Source: Nitrospiraceae bacterium
GTDB lineage: Bacteria > Nitrospirota > Nitrospiria > Nitrospirales > Nitrospiraceae
Direction: 5' to 3'
NCBI GenBank assembly: GCA_050246315.1
Contig: JBFWWG010000001.1
Span: forward strand, 1-64,000
DNA length: 64,000 nucleotides
Under the pieces are notes generated by a model. The model did not search any database. It was given only the letters and a program-made list of their open reading frames with translations, and was not told the origin of the DNA. The translations under genes were made by a program, and so were the position numbers. Positions 50,851-60,609 of this stretch are shown here, piece by piece; within the stretch, counting starts at the first letter, position 1, and every line of letters begins with the position of its first letter.

Positions 50851-52250
50851 TGCCTCTTCGGGTCAAACTGACGCTGTGGTACGGGTCCGTCTTGGCGCTG
50901 ATCCTGATTCTGCTCGGCACGACGCTCTATGCCGTCCTGGCCCGTGAGCTGAAGGATCAGGTGGACCAGTCGCTCGAAGAGGCCGCTACCACGGCGATCC
51001 GGTCGCTCGAACAGCACGGGTTCGGCCCCTTCATCCAATTCGACGACCTGTCCTCGCATTTCCCCGAATTGGCCGTGCTGGACAAATTCTTCCAGATCTT
51101 CAGCCCGACCGGTCGCATCACGATCCAATCTCCCAATGTGAAGAGTCACGACGTGCCCTTGAGCCAGACCGCACTGGACACGGCTTTCAGGGGCGCCGCT
51201 TCCTATGAGTCGGCCCGCTTTCCGGGCGAGACCCTGCGATTGATCTCGGTCCCAATCATGTACCAGGGCAATTTGCTGAATATCGTCCAGGTCGGCACAT
51301 CGCTGAAGCCTGTCGAAGAAGCGCTGCACCGATTGCTGGTCGTCCTACAAGTGTCGCTCCCCGTGGCGTTACTGATCTCCCTGGCGGGCGGCTGGTTCCT
51401 GGCCGGGCGGGCGTTGCGGCCGGTGCATGCCATCACAGAGGCGGCGCAGAAAATTGCCGGAGGCGACTTGGCTCAGCGATTGACGGTCGAATCCACCGGA
51501 GACGAAATCGGCCGATTGGCCGAAACCTTCAACAACATGATTGCGAGGCTGGACGTCTCGTTCCGGCAGATCCGCCAGTTCAGCAGCGACGCGTCACACG
51601 AACTCCGCACACCGCTCACGGTGATGAAGGGCGAAACCGAACTCGTGCTGCGTCGACCGCGCGACTGCGAAGATTACAAGAACGTGCTCGACAGCAACCT
51701 CGAAGAAATCGACCGGATGACGCGCATCGTGGATGAGCTCCTGTTCCTCTCCCGCGCGGATATGGGCCAGGTGAAAATGGCCTCCGCCCCTGTCTGCCTG
51801 GAAGAACTGATCGAGGACATCCATGGCCAGGCCTCCCTGTTGGGACAAGAGCAGGATGTGAAGGTGTCGCTGGGACCGCTCGACAGAGCGACGGTGCTCG
51901 GCGATGAGCTACGCCTGCGCGAGCTGTTGCTCAACATTGTCGATAACGCGGTGAAATATTCCAAATCCGGAGGCACGGTGGAGATCGCCCTCCGGACAGA
52001 ACAGGATACGGCCCGATTATCCGTGCGCGACCAGGGCATCGGCATCCGACAGGAGGCTCTGGGGAGAATTTTCGACCGTTTCTACCGCACCGAGGAAGCC
52101 CGTACCCACACGAACAAAGGCACAGGACTCGGCCTGGCCATCTGCGCCTGGATCGCGGACATGCACCGCGGCCGCATCGAGGTCGAGAGCGCTCCCAGCG
52201 CCGGCTCCACCTTTACGATCATGCTCCCTCTCGCAGGATCGAAAACTTAG
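50850..52250 (+). CDS. HAMP-domain sensor histidine kinase
   Basis: Two TM segments, HAMP, DASHELRTPL, NAVKYS, DQGIGI, GTGLGLAI. Confidence 0.96.
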   Translation: MPLRVKLTLWYGSVLALILILLGTTLYAVLARELKDQVDQSLEEAATTAIRSLEQHGFGPFIQFDDLSSHFPELAVLDKFFQIFSPTGRITIQSPNVKSHDVPLSQTALDTAFRGAASYESARFPGETLRLISVPIMYQGNLLNIVQVGTSLKPVEEALHRLLVVLQVSLPVALLISLAGGWFLAGRALRPVHAITEAAQKIAGGDLAQRLTVESTGDEIGRLAETFNNMIARLDVSFRQIRQFSSDASHELRTPLTVMKGETELVLRRPRDCEDYKNVLDSNLEEIDRMTRIVDELLFLSRADMGQVKMASAPVCLEELIEDIHGQASLLGQEQDVKVSLGPLDRATVLGDELRLRELLLNIVDNAVKYSKSGGTVEIALRTEQDTARLSVRDQGIGIRQEALGRIFDRFYRTEEARTHTNKGTGLGLAICAWIADMHRGRIEVESAPSAGSTFTIMLPLAGSKT

Positions 52251-52255
52251 GGTCT

Positions 52256-52299
52256 TTTAATCCCCGCTTAATTGCCGTCTCATCCTCTCTTGCTAGTCT
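52256..52299 (+). promoter_or_regulatory. Putative OmpR-family operator and extended -10 of the protease gene
   Basis: 11-bp-period repeats tttaat(52256), cttaat(52267), tctcat(52278), then TGcTAGTCT (52291-52299). Confidence 0.55.
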
Positions 52300-52392
52300 C
52301 CTAGCAGGTCGGCCCAAGACTCTACTGAGCCGAGTCTCGCAGCCGGCGGTCTGTACCACAGTCCTGTACAACCAAAAGAAGGAGGACGCACA

Positions 52393-53916
52393 ATGAATCG
52401 AACGTTCTATTCGCGTATCGTGACCGGCGCCGCCGCTGTCGGGCTCGGCGTCATACTGTTATGGGGAGGGATCTGGTTCGCAGACAGCCATGCCGCGCCT
52501 ACTGTCTCCCACCAGACACCAGCGACGGCCGAAACGACGGCAACGGCCGTGGATAGCGGCACGGCGCTTCCGGCGGCCGGCTTCGCGCCGATCGCTAAAT
52601 CAGTGACTCCGGCGGTGGTCAATATCACGGCCAGCAACCACGGTGAACGAACCTCCGCTCAGAAAGACCCAAGACAGGAATGGAAGGATCGAAGGGAGGA
52701 GTTCGGATGGCCCTTCGGCGGCCCGAACGGCCCTCGCATGCCCCGTAATCCCTTCGACCGTGGACCCCACGGTGATGGAATGGGCTCGGGGGTGATCGTC
52801 TCGCCGGACGGTTATATCCTCACCAACAACCACGTGGTGGAGGGGGCCCGCGAGCTGACGGTTACGCTGCCGGACAAGCGAGAATTCAAGGCCACGGTGA
52901 TCGGGACCGACCCGAAATCCGACCTCGCCGTCATCAAGATTGACGGGAAGAACCTGCTCACGGTCTCCTGGGGCGATTCATCGAAGCTCCAGGTCGGTGA
53001 CTATGTGCTCGCAGTCGGCAACCCCTTCGGCCTGAACTCGACCGTGACGCTTGGTATCGTGAGCGCGGTCGGTCGGGGCAAGATGGGGATCACGCAGTAT
53101 GAAGACTTCATTCAAACCGACGCCGCGATCAATCCCGGCAATTCCGGTGGCGCCCTCGTGAATACGAAGGGTGAGTTGGTCGGGGTCAACACGGCTATCT
53201 TCTCCCAGACCGGCGGGTACCAGGGCGTCGGCTTTGCCGTCTCGACCGCAATGGCCAAGCCGATCTATGAGAGCCTGGTCAAGACCGGCAAGGTGGTCCG
53301 CGGTTACCTGGGCGTGAGCATCCAAGATATCAATCAGGACCTGGCCAAGTCTTTCGGCTTAACAGATCAAAAGGGCGCGTTGGTGGGCGACGTCAAGGAA
53401 GACAGCCCGGCGGACAAGGCCGGCTTGAAGCAAGGCGACGTGGTCATCGGCTATCAGAACCAGCCGATTGAGGATTCCGCTTCGCTGCAACGATTGGTGA
53501 CCAGGGCTGCCGTCGGCGACAAGGCGACGATCCGAGTCTGGCGCGACGGCCGTGAACGAACCCTCACGGTCACGATCGGCGAGCAGCCGGATGAGGTGAA
53601 AACCGCCAGAACGGACTCGGAATCCGGCGAGTCCGGCTTGGCGGGCTTGGCGGTGCAGGAGCTGGATCGGGACGCCATACGCGCGCTGGGCCTGAATTCA
53701 GGCATCAAGGGCGTCGTCGTGGCTGACGTGGAGCCGGACAGCCCGGCGGAGCGGGCTGGAATCACGCGCGGCGATGTCATCCGGGAAATCAATCGACAAC
53801 CGGTGCAGTCGGTCAAGGACTTTGAGCGCCTCGCCTCCGGGCTGAAGAAGGAGGAGTCGGCGCTCTTCCTGATCAACCGCCGAGGCGCGTCATTGTTCCT
53901 GTCCGTGAAGATCTAA
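52393..53916 (+). CDS. DegP/DegQ (HtrA) periplasmic serine protease with two PDZ domains
   Basis: GSGVI, TNNHV, SDLAV, QTDAAINPGNSGG; strong RBS aggagg. Confidence 0.96.
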   Translation: MNRTFYSRIVTGAAAVGLGVILLWGGIWFADSHAAPTVSHQTPATAETTATAVDSGTALPAAGFAPIAKSVTPAVVNITASNHGERTSAQKDPRQEWKDRREEFGWPFGGPNGPRMPRNPFDRGPHGDGMGSGVIVSPDGYILTNNHVVEGARELTVTLPDKREFKATVIGTDPKSDLAVIKIDGKNLLTVSWGDSSKLQVGDYVLAVGNPFGLNSTVTLGIVSAVGRGKMGITQYEDFIQTDAAINPGNSGGALVNTKGELVGVNTAIFSQTGGYQGVGFAVSTAMAKPIYESLVKTGKVVRGYLGVSIQDINQDLAKSFGLTDQKGALVGDVKEDSPADKAGLKQGDVVIGYQNQPIEDSASLQRLVTRAAVGDKATIRVWRDGRERTLTVTIGEQPDEVKTARTDSESGESGLAGLAVQELDRDAIRALGLNSGIKGVVVADVEPDSPAERAGITRGDVIREINRQPVQSVKDFERLASGLKKEESALFLINRRGASLFLSVKI

Positions 53917-53929
53917 GATACTGCGTGCT

Positions 53930-53960
53930 GGGGCGGGGGCTCCAACCCCCCGCCTCCTTC
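53930..53960. terminator. Hairpin between the convergent protease and purU genes
   Basis: ggggcggggg / cccccgcctc stem; weak U-tract. Confidence 0.4.
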
Positions 53961-53997
53961 GGTTGGTCGGACCTTTCGTCGATAAGAGCTGCAACGG

Positions 53998-54861
53998 CTA
54001 GTCGAACACCACCGTCCGTCTACCGTAAACGATCACCCGGTGCTCGACGTGGAGCCGGACGGCCCGCGCCAGGACCAACTCTTCCAGATCACGCCCCTTG
54101 CGAACGAGGTCCTCCACCGAGTCCCGATGTCCGACTCGGGTCACATCCTGTTCAATGATGGGACCTTCATCCAGATCCTCGGTCGCATAGTGAGCGGTCG
54201 CCCCGATCAGCTTCACGCCACGCTCGTAGGCCTGCCGATAGGGGTTGGCCCCGATGAATGCCGGCAAGAACGAATGGTGGATATTGATGACGGGACAACC
54301 GACCGCACGCAGAAACTCGCCGCTGAGAATCTGCATGTACCGGGCCAAGACCACCAGGTGCACGTCATGCTGCTTGAGAACCGACAGGATGCGCTGTTCC
54401 TGCTCCAGCTTGCTGTCTTTCGTCACGGGAAAGACGTGGAACGGGATCTTGTACAACTCAGCCCACATGGCGCAGGTGTCGTGATTCGACATGATGACCG
54501 GCACGTCGATGGGTAATTCGCCGCGCCGCTGCCGCTGGAGCAGATCGGCCAAACAATGGTCCTGCTTGGAAACCAAGAGGGCGACCTTCGGACGCACCGG
54601 GATGAAGTAGACTTCGTAGCGCATCCCGAACACCTTCGCGATCGGCGCAAAGGCCGCGGCGATCTCGTCCGGGGGCAGTTGGAAGCCCTCCAGCGCGAAG
54701 ACCGTCCGCATGAGAAATTCGCCGGCCTCGCGATCCGTATGGTGGTCGGAGTCCAGGATGTTCCCCCCGAACTCGTTGATGAACCCCGCCACCCGGGCCA
54801 CGATGCCCTTGCGGTCAGGACAATGGATGAGCAGCACAACAGCAGAGGGCGACTCGACCAT
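53998..54861 (-). CDS. purU: Formyltetrahydrofolate deformylase
   Basis: ACT domain CPDRKGIVA; VSKQDHCL; LARYMQIL; INIHHSFLPAF.GA.PY; DEGPIIEQD. Confidence 0.97.
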   Translation of the reverse strand: MVESPSAVVLLIHCPDRKGIVARVAGFINEFGGNILDSDHHTDREAGEFLMRTVFALEGFQLPPDEIAAAFAPIAKVFGMRYEVYFIPVRPKVALLVSKQDHCLADLLQRQRRGELPIDVPVIMSNHDTCAMWAELYKIPFHVFPVTKDSKLEQEQRILSVLKQHDVHLVVLARYMQILSGEFLRAVGCPVINIHHSFLPAFIGANPYRQAYERGVKLIGATAHYATEDLDEGPIIEQDVTRVGHRDSVEDLVRKGRDLEELVLARAVRLHVEHRVIVYGRRTVVFD

Positions 54862-54953
54862 GGCCTTACTGTGACAGGTTGTACGCTGTATTGGCAACGA
54901 GACCACAGGCAGGATCACAGAAAGGATCTGGAGAGGAGCGAAGCACAGCCTGT

Positions 54954-56450
54954 TTACTGCGCCTTCACCTTTGTGGGCATGATGAGGGAAAGACCGGAGG
55001 ACGCTCGCTGTGCTTGCAAGGCGGACGGACCGAGCTTAGTTTGCCGACCGGCTTTCGATCTTGTCCGGACCGGCTCAACAGCCCGGCCGATCAGATCATA
55101 GGCGGTGGCCTCGGTGATCGTGACCCTCACCAACTCCCCGGGCTCCACCTCGCTCTCGCTCAAGTACACAACCCCGTCGATCTCTGAGGCCTGCCCTTCA
55201 TGGCGGCCTTCGAGCAGAAACTCGTTGTCCTCCGACAATCCATCGACCAGCACAGAGAGCGTGGAACCAATCTTGCCCCGGCTATGATGCAGCGAAATCG
55301 CCTCTTGGCGAGTCAGCAGCTCGTTCCGCCGCTCCTCGATCACGGACTGGGCGATCTTGCCGTGCAACTGAATCGCAGACGTCTCCTCTTCGTCGGAATA
55401 GCCGAATACGGCCGCTCGGTCAAAGGCCGCCTCTTCCATGAACTGCGCCAGTTCGTCGAACATGGCCTCAGTCTCGCCGGGGAAGCCGACGATGAAGGCC
55501 GTGCGGAACGTCACTCCCGGAATGCGCGAACGAATCCGCTCGACCAGCCTGGTGAGGAAGGATTTGTCGCCGAGCCGGCGCATGCGGCTCAGCATGACAT
55601 CGTTGATGTGCTGGAGCGGCATGTCGATGTATTTGACGATCTTCTCCTCGCCGGCGTACAGATCCAATAATTCGTCGGTCACCTGCTGCGGATAGAGGTA
55701 GAAGGGACGAATCCAGCGTACATCCTTGACCTTGACCAACTCGCGCAGCAGCGCCGTGAAGCCCTGTCGCAGGCCCAGATCCACCCCATAGTTGATCGTG
55801 TCCTGGGAAATGAGGTTCAGCTCCTGGACTCCGTCCGCAACCAGCCGTTCGGCCTCCGCAACGATCGACTCGATCGGCCGGCTCCGCTGCTTGCCGCGCA
55901 TGATCGGAATCGCGCAGAACGTGCAATGGCGATTGCAGCCTTCGGCGATCTTGACATAAGCGGAGTGCGGTCTGCCCAGCCGGATGCGCGGGGCCAACGC
56001 GTCATACAGAAACGGGGGTGGACTGATCCAGGACCGCTGCACCGGTCTCTTGGGCTGAAGCAGCGAGCGGGTGATGTCGGCGATCTTGCCGAACTCGCCG
56101 GTGCCCACGATCCCGTCCAGCTCCGGCAATTCCTGCAGCAGGTCGCCCTGGTACCGCTGGGCCAGGCAGCCGGCGGCAATCAAGACCCGGCAGGCCCCGG
56201 TCTTTTTCAGTTCCGCATGTTCCAGGATCGTATTGATGGATTCCTGCTTGGCCTCCTCGATGAAGCCGCAAGTGTTGATGATCACCACCTCGGCCAGTTC
56301 GGGATGGCTGGTCAGTTCGAATCCGTCGGCCACAAGCTGGCCAAGCATGATCTCGGAATCCACCTGGTTCTTGGAGCAACCCAGATTGACGAATCCGACC
56401 CTGGGCGTTGCGCCGTCGGTGTCGACCGGAGTGGGAGAATTCGGTGCCAT
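54954..56450 (-). CDS. rimO: Ribosomal protein S12 methylthiotransferase
   Basis: LGCSKNQVDSE, NTCGFI, CNRHCTFC radical-SAM motif, EIDG TRAM region. Confidence 0.96.
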   Translation of the reverse strand: MAPNSPTPVDTDGATPRVGFVNLGCSKNQVDSEIMLGQLVADGFELTSHPELAEVVIINTCGFIEEAKQESINTILEHAELKKTGACRVLIAAGCLAQRYQGDLLQELPELDGIVGTGEFGKIADITRSLLQPKRPVQRSWISPPPFLYDALAPRIRLGRPHSAYVKIAEGCNRHCTFCAIPIMRGKQRSRPIESIVAEAERLVADGVQELNLISQDTINYGVDLGLRQGFTALLRELVKVKDVRWIRPFYLYPQQVTDELLDLYAGEEKIVKYIDMPLQHINDVMLSRMRRLGDKSFLTRLVERIRSRIPGVTFRTAFIVGFPGETEAMFDELAQFMEEAAFDRAAVFGYSDEEETSAIQLHGKIAQSVIEERRNELLTRQEAISLHHSRGKIGSTLSVLVDGLSEDNEFLLEGRHEGQASEIDGVVYLSESEVEPGELVRVTITEATAYDLIGRAVEPVRTRSKAGRQTKLGPSALQAQRASSGLSLIMPTKVKAQ

Positions 56451-56577
56451 GGTCGGGCCAGTCTACGGGACGGGTGAAAATCACGTCAACTCGCAGGCTC
56501 GGTCCTCGTCTCCGCCGCCCCGAGCACCCGAACCTCGTTTTGTGCTGGCAGATTGTTGGAAACCCATTTTGACACCT

Positions 56578-56767
56578 CTAGGAGCCTGTCCGACATTGCC
56601 GTTCGTGACGAGGTGAAGAAGGTGTGGGCAGATGCGAGGCCCCAGGCCCGGAACAACCGGAGGCGCATTCGCTGGCATCCGTTAAGGATTTTTCCTGGCC
56701 GAGAACGACACAGATGGCCACAGATCGTTCGTCGCAGCAGAAAGGTCAATGTCGGACAGGCTCCTAG
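56578..56767. mobile_element. MITE family C, complete copy
   Basis: Perfect 21-bp TIR ctaggagcctgtccgacattg / caatgtcggacaggctcctag. Confidence 0.9.
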
Positions 56768-56810
56768 AGACAGGGGATGGCCAAAAGTCACGGACGGGGT
56801 GGGAATTCCC

Positions 56811-57079
56811 GCAGGATGTTCAAAAAGGCGTGTTGTCTCGCTCACCAACCCCTCGATTCCTCCACAATCGATCAGCCGAGACGCGCCGATCAACGGGCGA
56901 GGTCGCAGCGAGCAATGACGGCGGATTTCCGTCACTCGTCATTTGTCAATCGTACAGGACTACCACATCTTGGTTGCCTTTCTTCTCCAGACTTTGTCGA
57001 TTGACGGTTGACGTTGAGGGATGACGGCCAGGCTGATCGGCGAGAACAAATCTGGCGGGCCTTTTCAACATCGTGCTAG
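56811..57079. mobile_element. MITE family B, expanded copy
   Basis: Ends gcaggatgttcaaaaagg / ccttttcaacatcgtgctag; shares cgcagcgag, acgttgaggg and gcgagaac with 39484-39611. Confidence 0.75.
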
Positions 57080-57110
57080 ACTGTCGCGGGCCTGAAGGCG
57101 GAGGCACCCG

Positions 57111-57992
57111 ATGGACGTGCTGACAACATTCGACATTGATCGCTGGGAGGGACCGTTTCCGGCGGAGGCCCAGGCCCAGGCCGTGGACGCGCTGGAGTCG
57201 GGCCGGCTCCTGTATCTGCCTCGCCTGTCATTCGTCCTCGACCAGGCGGAACGTCATTTTCTGTCGCCGCAGTGGTCGGACGGCAAAGCGAAGAACGTCA
57301 GCTACGATCCAGTTAAGGACGACCTGCGGGGAACGACCGTGCGGCACCAGGAACGGCTTGCGCTTCGTCACATGATGGCCCGCTATGCGGCCCAGGCACG
57401 CTCCCTCCTGGAGTCACTCGTGCCGAGCTATCGCGCGCATCTCAGCCAGGCGAGGACCAGCTTCCGCCCGGTGGAGGTCATGGGGCGCATCCAATCCTTC
57501 AAGAGGGACGATCGCCTGCTACATACGGACGCGTTTCCGTCCCGCCCGTCCCGAGGCCACCGTATCCTGCGAGTGTTCTCCAACGTGAATCCCGATGGTC
57601 AGGACCGCATCTGGCGAGTGGGCGAACCGTTCGAGGCCATGGCCCGGAAGTTCATCGGGGGCTTGCGCCCACCGCTCCCCGGGCTGCACGCGTTGCTCGC
57701 TGTACTCCGGATCACGAAGGGTGGGCGCACCCTCTACGACAGCTTCATGCTGCAACTCCACGACCGTGTGAAAAAGGACCAGACCTATCAGGACCGCGCA
57801 CCGCAGACGAGCCTGGCGTTGAAACCCGGCAGTACCTGGATCGTGTTCACGGATCAGGTGTTGCATGCCGCCCTGTCCGGCCAATACCTGTTCGAACAGA
57901 CGTTCCACCTGCCAGTCGACGCGCAACACCGTCTCGAACTGGCCCCGCTCCGTGTGCTCGAGCGGCTCACCGGCCGGGCGCTCGTGGGCTGA
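57111..57992 (+). CDS. kdoO: Kdo hydroxylase family protein (Kdo to Ko)
   Basis: ARTSFRP, DDRLLHTDAFPSRP..G.RILRVF.NVNP, YD..ML.LHD, FTDQVLHAALSGQY.FEQTF. Confidence 0.88.
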   Translation: MDVLTTFDIDRWEGPFPAEAQAQAVDALESGRLLYLPRLSFVLDQAERHFLSPQWSDGKAKNVSYDPVKDDLRGTTVRHQERLALRHMMARYAAQARSLLESLVPSYRAHLSQARTSFRPVEVMGRIQSFKRDDRLLHTDAFPSRPSRGHRILRVFSNVNPDGQDRIWRVGEPFEAMARKFIGGLRPPLPGLHALLAVLRITKGGRTLYDSFMLQLHDRVKKDQTYQDRAPQTSLALKPGSTWIVFTDQVLHAALSGQYLFEQTFHLPVDAQHRLELAPLRVLERLTGRALVG

Positions 57993-58037
57993 GCCACGGT
58001 GCTCAGGGCCCATCGCGTGGCGACCCATGTGACTCCT

Positions 58038-58574
58038 ATGCTGCGAGCATTTCAAGGTATCATCCCAACCGTTCCAAAATCCTGCTTCATCGAGGAGACC
58101 GGCGTCGTCATCGGCGATGTGGTCATGGGCGAGCAGTGCAGCGTGTGGTTTCACGCCGTGATCCGCGGCGACGTGAACTATATCCGTATCGGCCACCGCA
58201 CGAACGTCCAGGACCTCTGCATGCTCCACGTGACGCACGATACTGCGCCGCTGATCATCGGCGATGACGTGACGATCGGCCATCACGTGGTCCTCCACGG
58301 CTGCACGGTGAAAGACCGGGTCCTGATCGGCATGGGCGCCATCATCATGGACGACGCCGTGATCGGAGAGGACTCTGTGGTCGGGGCCGGTGCCCTGATC
58401 ACCGAGCGGACCATCGTCCCGCCCAAGAGCCTGATCCTGGGCTCTCCCGCCAAGGTGAAGCGCCCGGTGACCGAAGAGGAATTGTCTTGGATCAGGGAGT
58501 CGTCCCAGAACTATGTTCGCTACGCCAGCCGGTATATGAGCGATCCGGAGAAGCCTCTGGGCTTCTGGGTCTAG
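58038..58574 (+). CDS. Gamma-carbonic-anhydrase-family hexapeptide protein (YrdA-like)
   Basis: IGDV, RGDVNYI.IG..TNVQD..MLH, TIGH..VLHGC. Confidence 0.95.
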   Translation: MLRAFQGIIPTVPKSCFIEETGVVIGDVVMGEQCSVWFHAVIRGDVNYIRIGHRTNVQDLCMLHVTHDTAPLIIGDDVTIGHHVVLHGCTVKDRVLIGMGAIIMDDAVIGEDSVVGAGALITERTIVPPKSLILGSPAKVKRPVTEEELSWIRESSQNYVRYASRYMSDPEKPLGFWV

Positions 58575-58787
58575 CCCGCATTATTCATGACCGCTTCTAC
58601 TGCAACCGCTGATACGCCGCTGCGACCCGCTTGGGAACGAGTTCTCGGTTCCCAAGCGGGCAGGCTCGCCGCTCGCGACCGCGACATACTGTTTCAGGTA
58701 TGCCTTGGTCTCTCGTGGCTCCGCGTGCCCGTCTCGCCTGGCGTCTTAGCGGTTTCGTCACGAACCGTCATGATTAATGTGGGCTAG
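58571..58787. mobile_element. MITE family A, full copy
   Basis: CTAG at both ends; TIR ctagcccgcattattcatgac / gtcatgattaatgtgggctag; internal hairpin cccgcttgggaac..gttcccaagcggg. Confidence 0.9.
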
Positions 58788-58827
58788 GTCTCTGAGTGCT
58801 GAGTGCGAGTGTTGCGTCCCAGAAGTT

Positions 58828-58904
58828 CGTTCGTGGTGAGCCTGTCGAACCATGAACGGAACTCCTTGAAAGTGGGCGCCCTTCGACACGCTCAGTGCGA
58901 ACGG
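58828..58904. repeat. REP-like inverted pair
   Basis: cgttcgtggtgagcctgtcgaacc ... cccttcgacacgctcagtgcgaacg form an imperfect inverted pair. Confidence 0.6.
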
Positions 58905-58941
58905 ATAATTACCGGAACTTACGGGACACAACCCTAGCCCA

Positions 58942-59649
58942 TCACCGCCCACCGACCCGAATGAAGCAGATGGGGTCTTCGACCAGCGCGGTCGGGTAGG
59001 TGCGGCGCTCGACTTTCCAGTGGATGTGACGCTGCGCGCACCAGTCCGCAATCCAAACTGCTTCTTCGGTGGACGTGGTGACCAGCCCTGGTCGCACGAG
59101 ATTCGTGAGACATCGATCCACTAGCCTGGCCACCTGACGGCGTTCGCGCATATAACGGTGTGGGTCGAACATCACCGGATTGGCGCGCCCGTAGGAGAGT
59201 TCGGACAGCTCTGGGTAACACTCCGGATCGTTCAGCACGCTGACCATCCAGAGGTGATCGAACGAGCCCCGCACAGACGTCGCGTCACGATGCTCGAAGC
59301 GAACTGGCAGATCCTTCGCGGCACGATTCAGCTCCTGAACCTCCTCCGACCTCAAATTGCAGGCGACTACCGAGCGTCCAACTTCCACGGTCTCCATGAT
59401 CAACGGTGGCAGCTCGGCGACACCCGCGCCGACATAGAGGCTGCGCCCGCCAGGCTTGAGTCTGCGCTTGAGCACCTCGGCCAGCTTGATGCCCAGTCGC
59501 TGACAACGTCTGCCCCTCGCCCGCCAGAATTCGCCTCCCCCCTCGTGGCAATAGACCTCGCCGAGTAATCGGTAGTCCAGTTCCTCAAAGACTCGGCGGA
59601 TCGCCTGGACAGACTGGGGTCGCAATCGATGCTTGATCACAGAATGCAC
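58942..59649 (-). CDS. Hypothetical protein, class I methyltransferase-like fold
   Basis: SLYVGAG (motif I-like), RDAT..SFDHLW (motif IV-like). Start uncertain. Confidence 0.65.
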   Translation of the reverse strand: MHSVIKHRLRPQSVQAIRRVFEELDYRLLGEVYCHEGGGEFWRARGRRCQRLGIKLAEVLKRRLKPGGRSLYVGAGVAELPPLIMETVEVGRSVVACNLRSEEVQELNRAAKDLPVRFEHRDATSVRGSFDHLWMVSVLNDPECYPELSELSYGRANPVMFDPHRYMRERRQVARLVDRCLTNLVRPGLVTTSTEEAVWIADWCAQRHIHWKVERRTYPTALVEDPICFIRVGGR

Positions 59650-59855
59650 GGCGCAATGTTCAGATTCTGCGGAATCGGCTGGCCATGGGCCAGGAGAGAG
59701 GTCATGAGTCGCCAGATGGCTTCGCGGATATTCCGTCTGGCCTCTTCGATTGTCTTACCGTTGCTGAAGCAGCCCGGCAACGTTGGGCTGTACGCGGCAT
59801 AGCCCACATCGTCCGTCTCTTTCTCAACCACGATCTCGAAGTGATAGAACGTTAT
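59637..59855 (-). pseudogene. HicB-family antitoxin remnant
   Basis: (ATA)TFYHFEIVVEKETDDVGYAAYSPTLPGCFSNGKTIEEARRNIREAI...GQPIP. The start appears mutated to ATA; no intact HicA. Confidence 0.75.
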
Positions 59856-60054
59856 CCGACAACTACTCGGAACAGATCATAGCAAACCGCTGACCCCAAG
59901 CCCAGAGGATGAAGCGGCAAGAAGGCACGCATTCGTGCTTATTGGGAGACGCGACGGGACAGATCGGAAGAAAGGTCGCCGGGCCGGATATCTGAGGCGA
60001 TTTGTCGGCCTTCCATGGCCCGAATCTCGGCGACGCGGGCGGCGATGGTCTAAC

Positions 60055-60293
60055 TCACCCGGCTTTGGGCAGATGGAACTCAGCAGTCACAGGGAAGTGA
60101 ACCGTCTCTCCCTTGGCGACACGCGAAGCAAAAAGAGGATCTCCAGATTCTCAAGATCGTGCGTCTGTGGATTGAGCCCGGCAACTCCCCCATAATCGAG
60201 ATCCACGGAGTCCTGCTCAGGATAGGGTTTGGTTTTCCCAAGGTCGAGAGTACCGCCGACCTGGTCATATTCAACCGTCAGACATGTTTCTGT
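60055..60293 (-). pseudogene. DUF2283-like (antitoxin-associated) remnant
   Basis: ETCLTVEYDQVGGTLDLGKTKPYPEQDSVDLDYGGVAGLNPQTHDLENLEILF, frameshift, then ASRVAKGETVHFPVTAEFHLPKAG*. No start codon. Confidence 0.6.
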
Positions 60294-60321
60294 ATCACAG
60301 TCCCAGACCTACCTTTCTGCA

Positions 60322-60519
60322 CTACCCGATTCGTCTCTTGGCGATACGCTCCCGGAGGGCCGGGACTAGTTCGATGGGTACTTCCATGACCGTTTGAGTC
60401 TTATCCTCCTTTGCTGCCTCGTCTTCTGCCACAGCTTCTTCTGTCTGTTCTTCATAGTGGGTCAAGACCCGACGGACGCGTGCCTCATCCCAACCGGAAG
60501 GAAATATGCTTTGTTTCAT
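60322..60519 (-). CDS. Small antitoxin-like protein
   Basis: MKQSIFPSGWDEARVRRVLTHYEEQTEEAVAEDEAA...MEVPIELVPALRE. ATGA-coupled to a toxin remnant. Confidence 0.7.
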   Translation of the reverse strand: MKQSIFPSGWDEARVRRVLTHYEEQTEEAVAEDEAAKEDKTQTVMEVPIELVPALRERIAKRRIG

Positions 60520-60608
60520 GACTTTCTACTTCGACGACCTCGATATGCCAACAACGGCTGGCCGGTCAACTGATAAGCAGTCACGACGAACACGGAATCG
60601 GGCTCTGG
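60516..60608 (-). pseudogene. C-terminal remnant of a BrnT/DUF4258-like toxin
   Basis: PEPDSVFVVTAYQLTGQPLLAYRGRRSRKS* (VTAY motif plus basic tail), cut at the IS end at 60610. Confidence 0.6.
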
Positions 60609-60609
60609 A

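Noticed and set aside
59940..60050. Possible HicA toxin remnant upstream of the HicB fragment
   Set aside because: Only a vague resemblance (DIRPGDL); the GSH motif is absent.
60048..60054. GTCTAAC/GTTAGAC attC-like box in the TA remnant cluster
   Set aside because: No complementary partner box or L boxes at a suitable distance.
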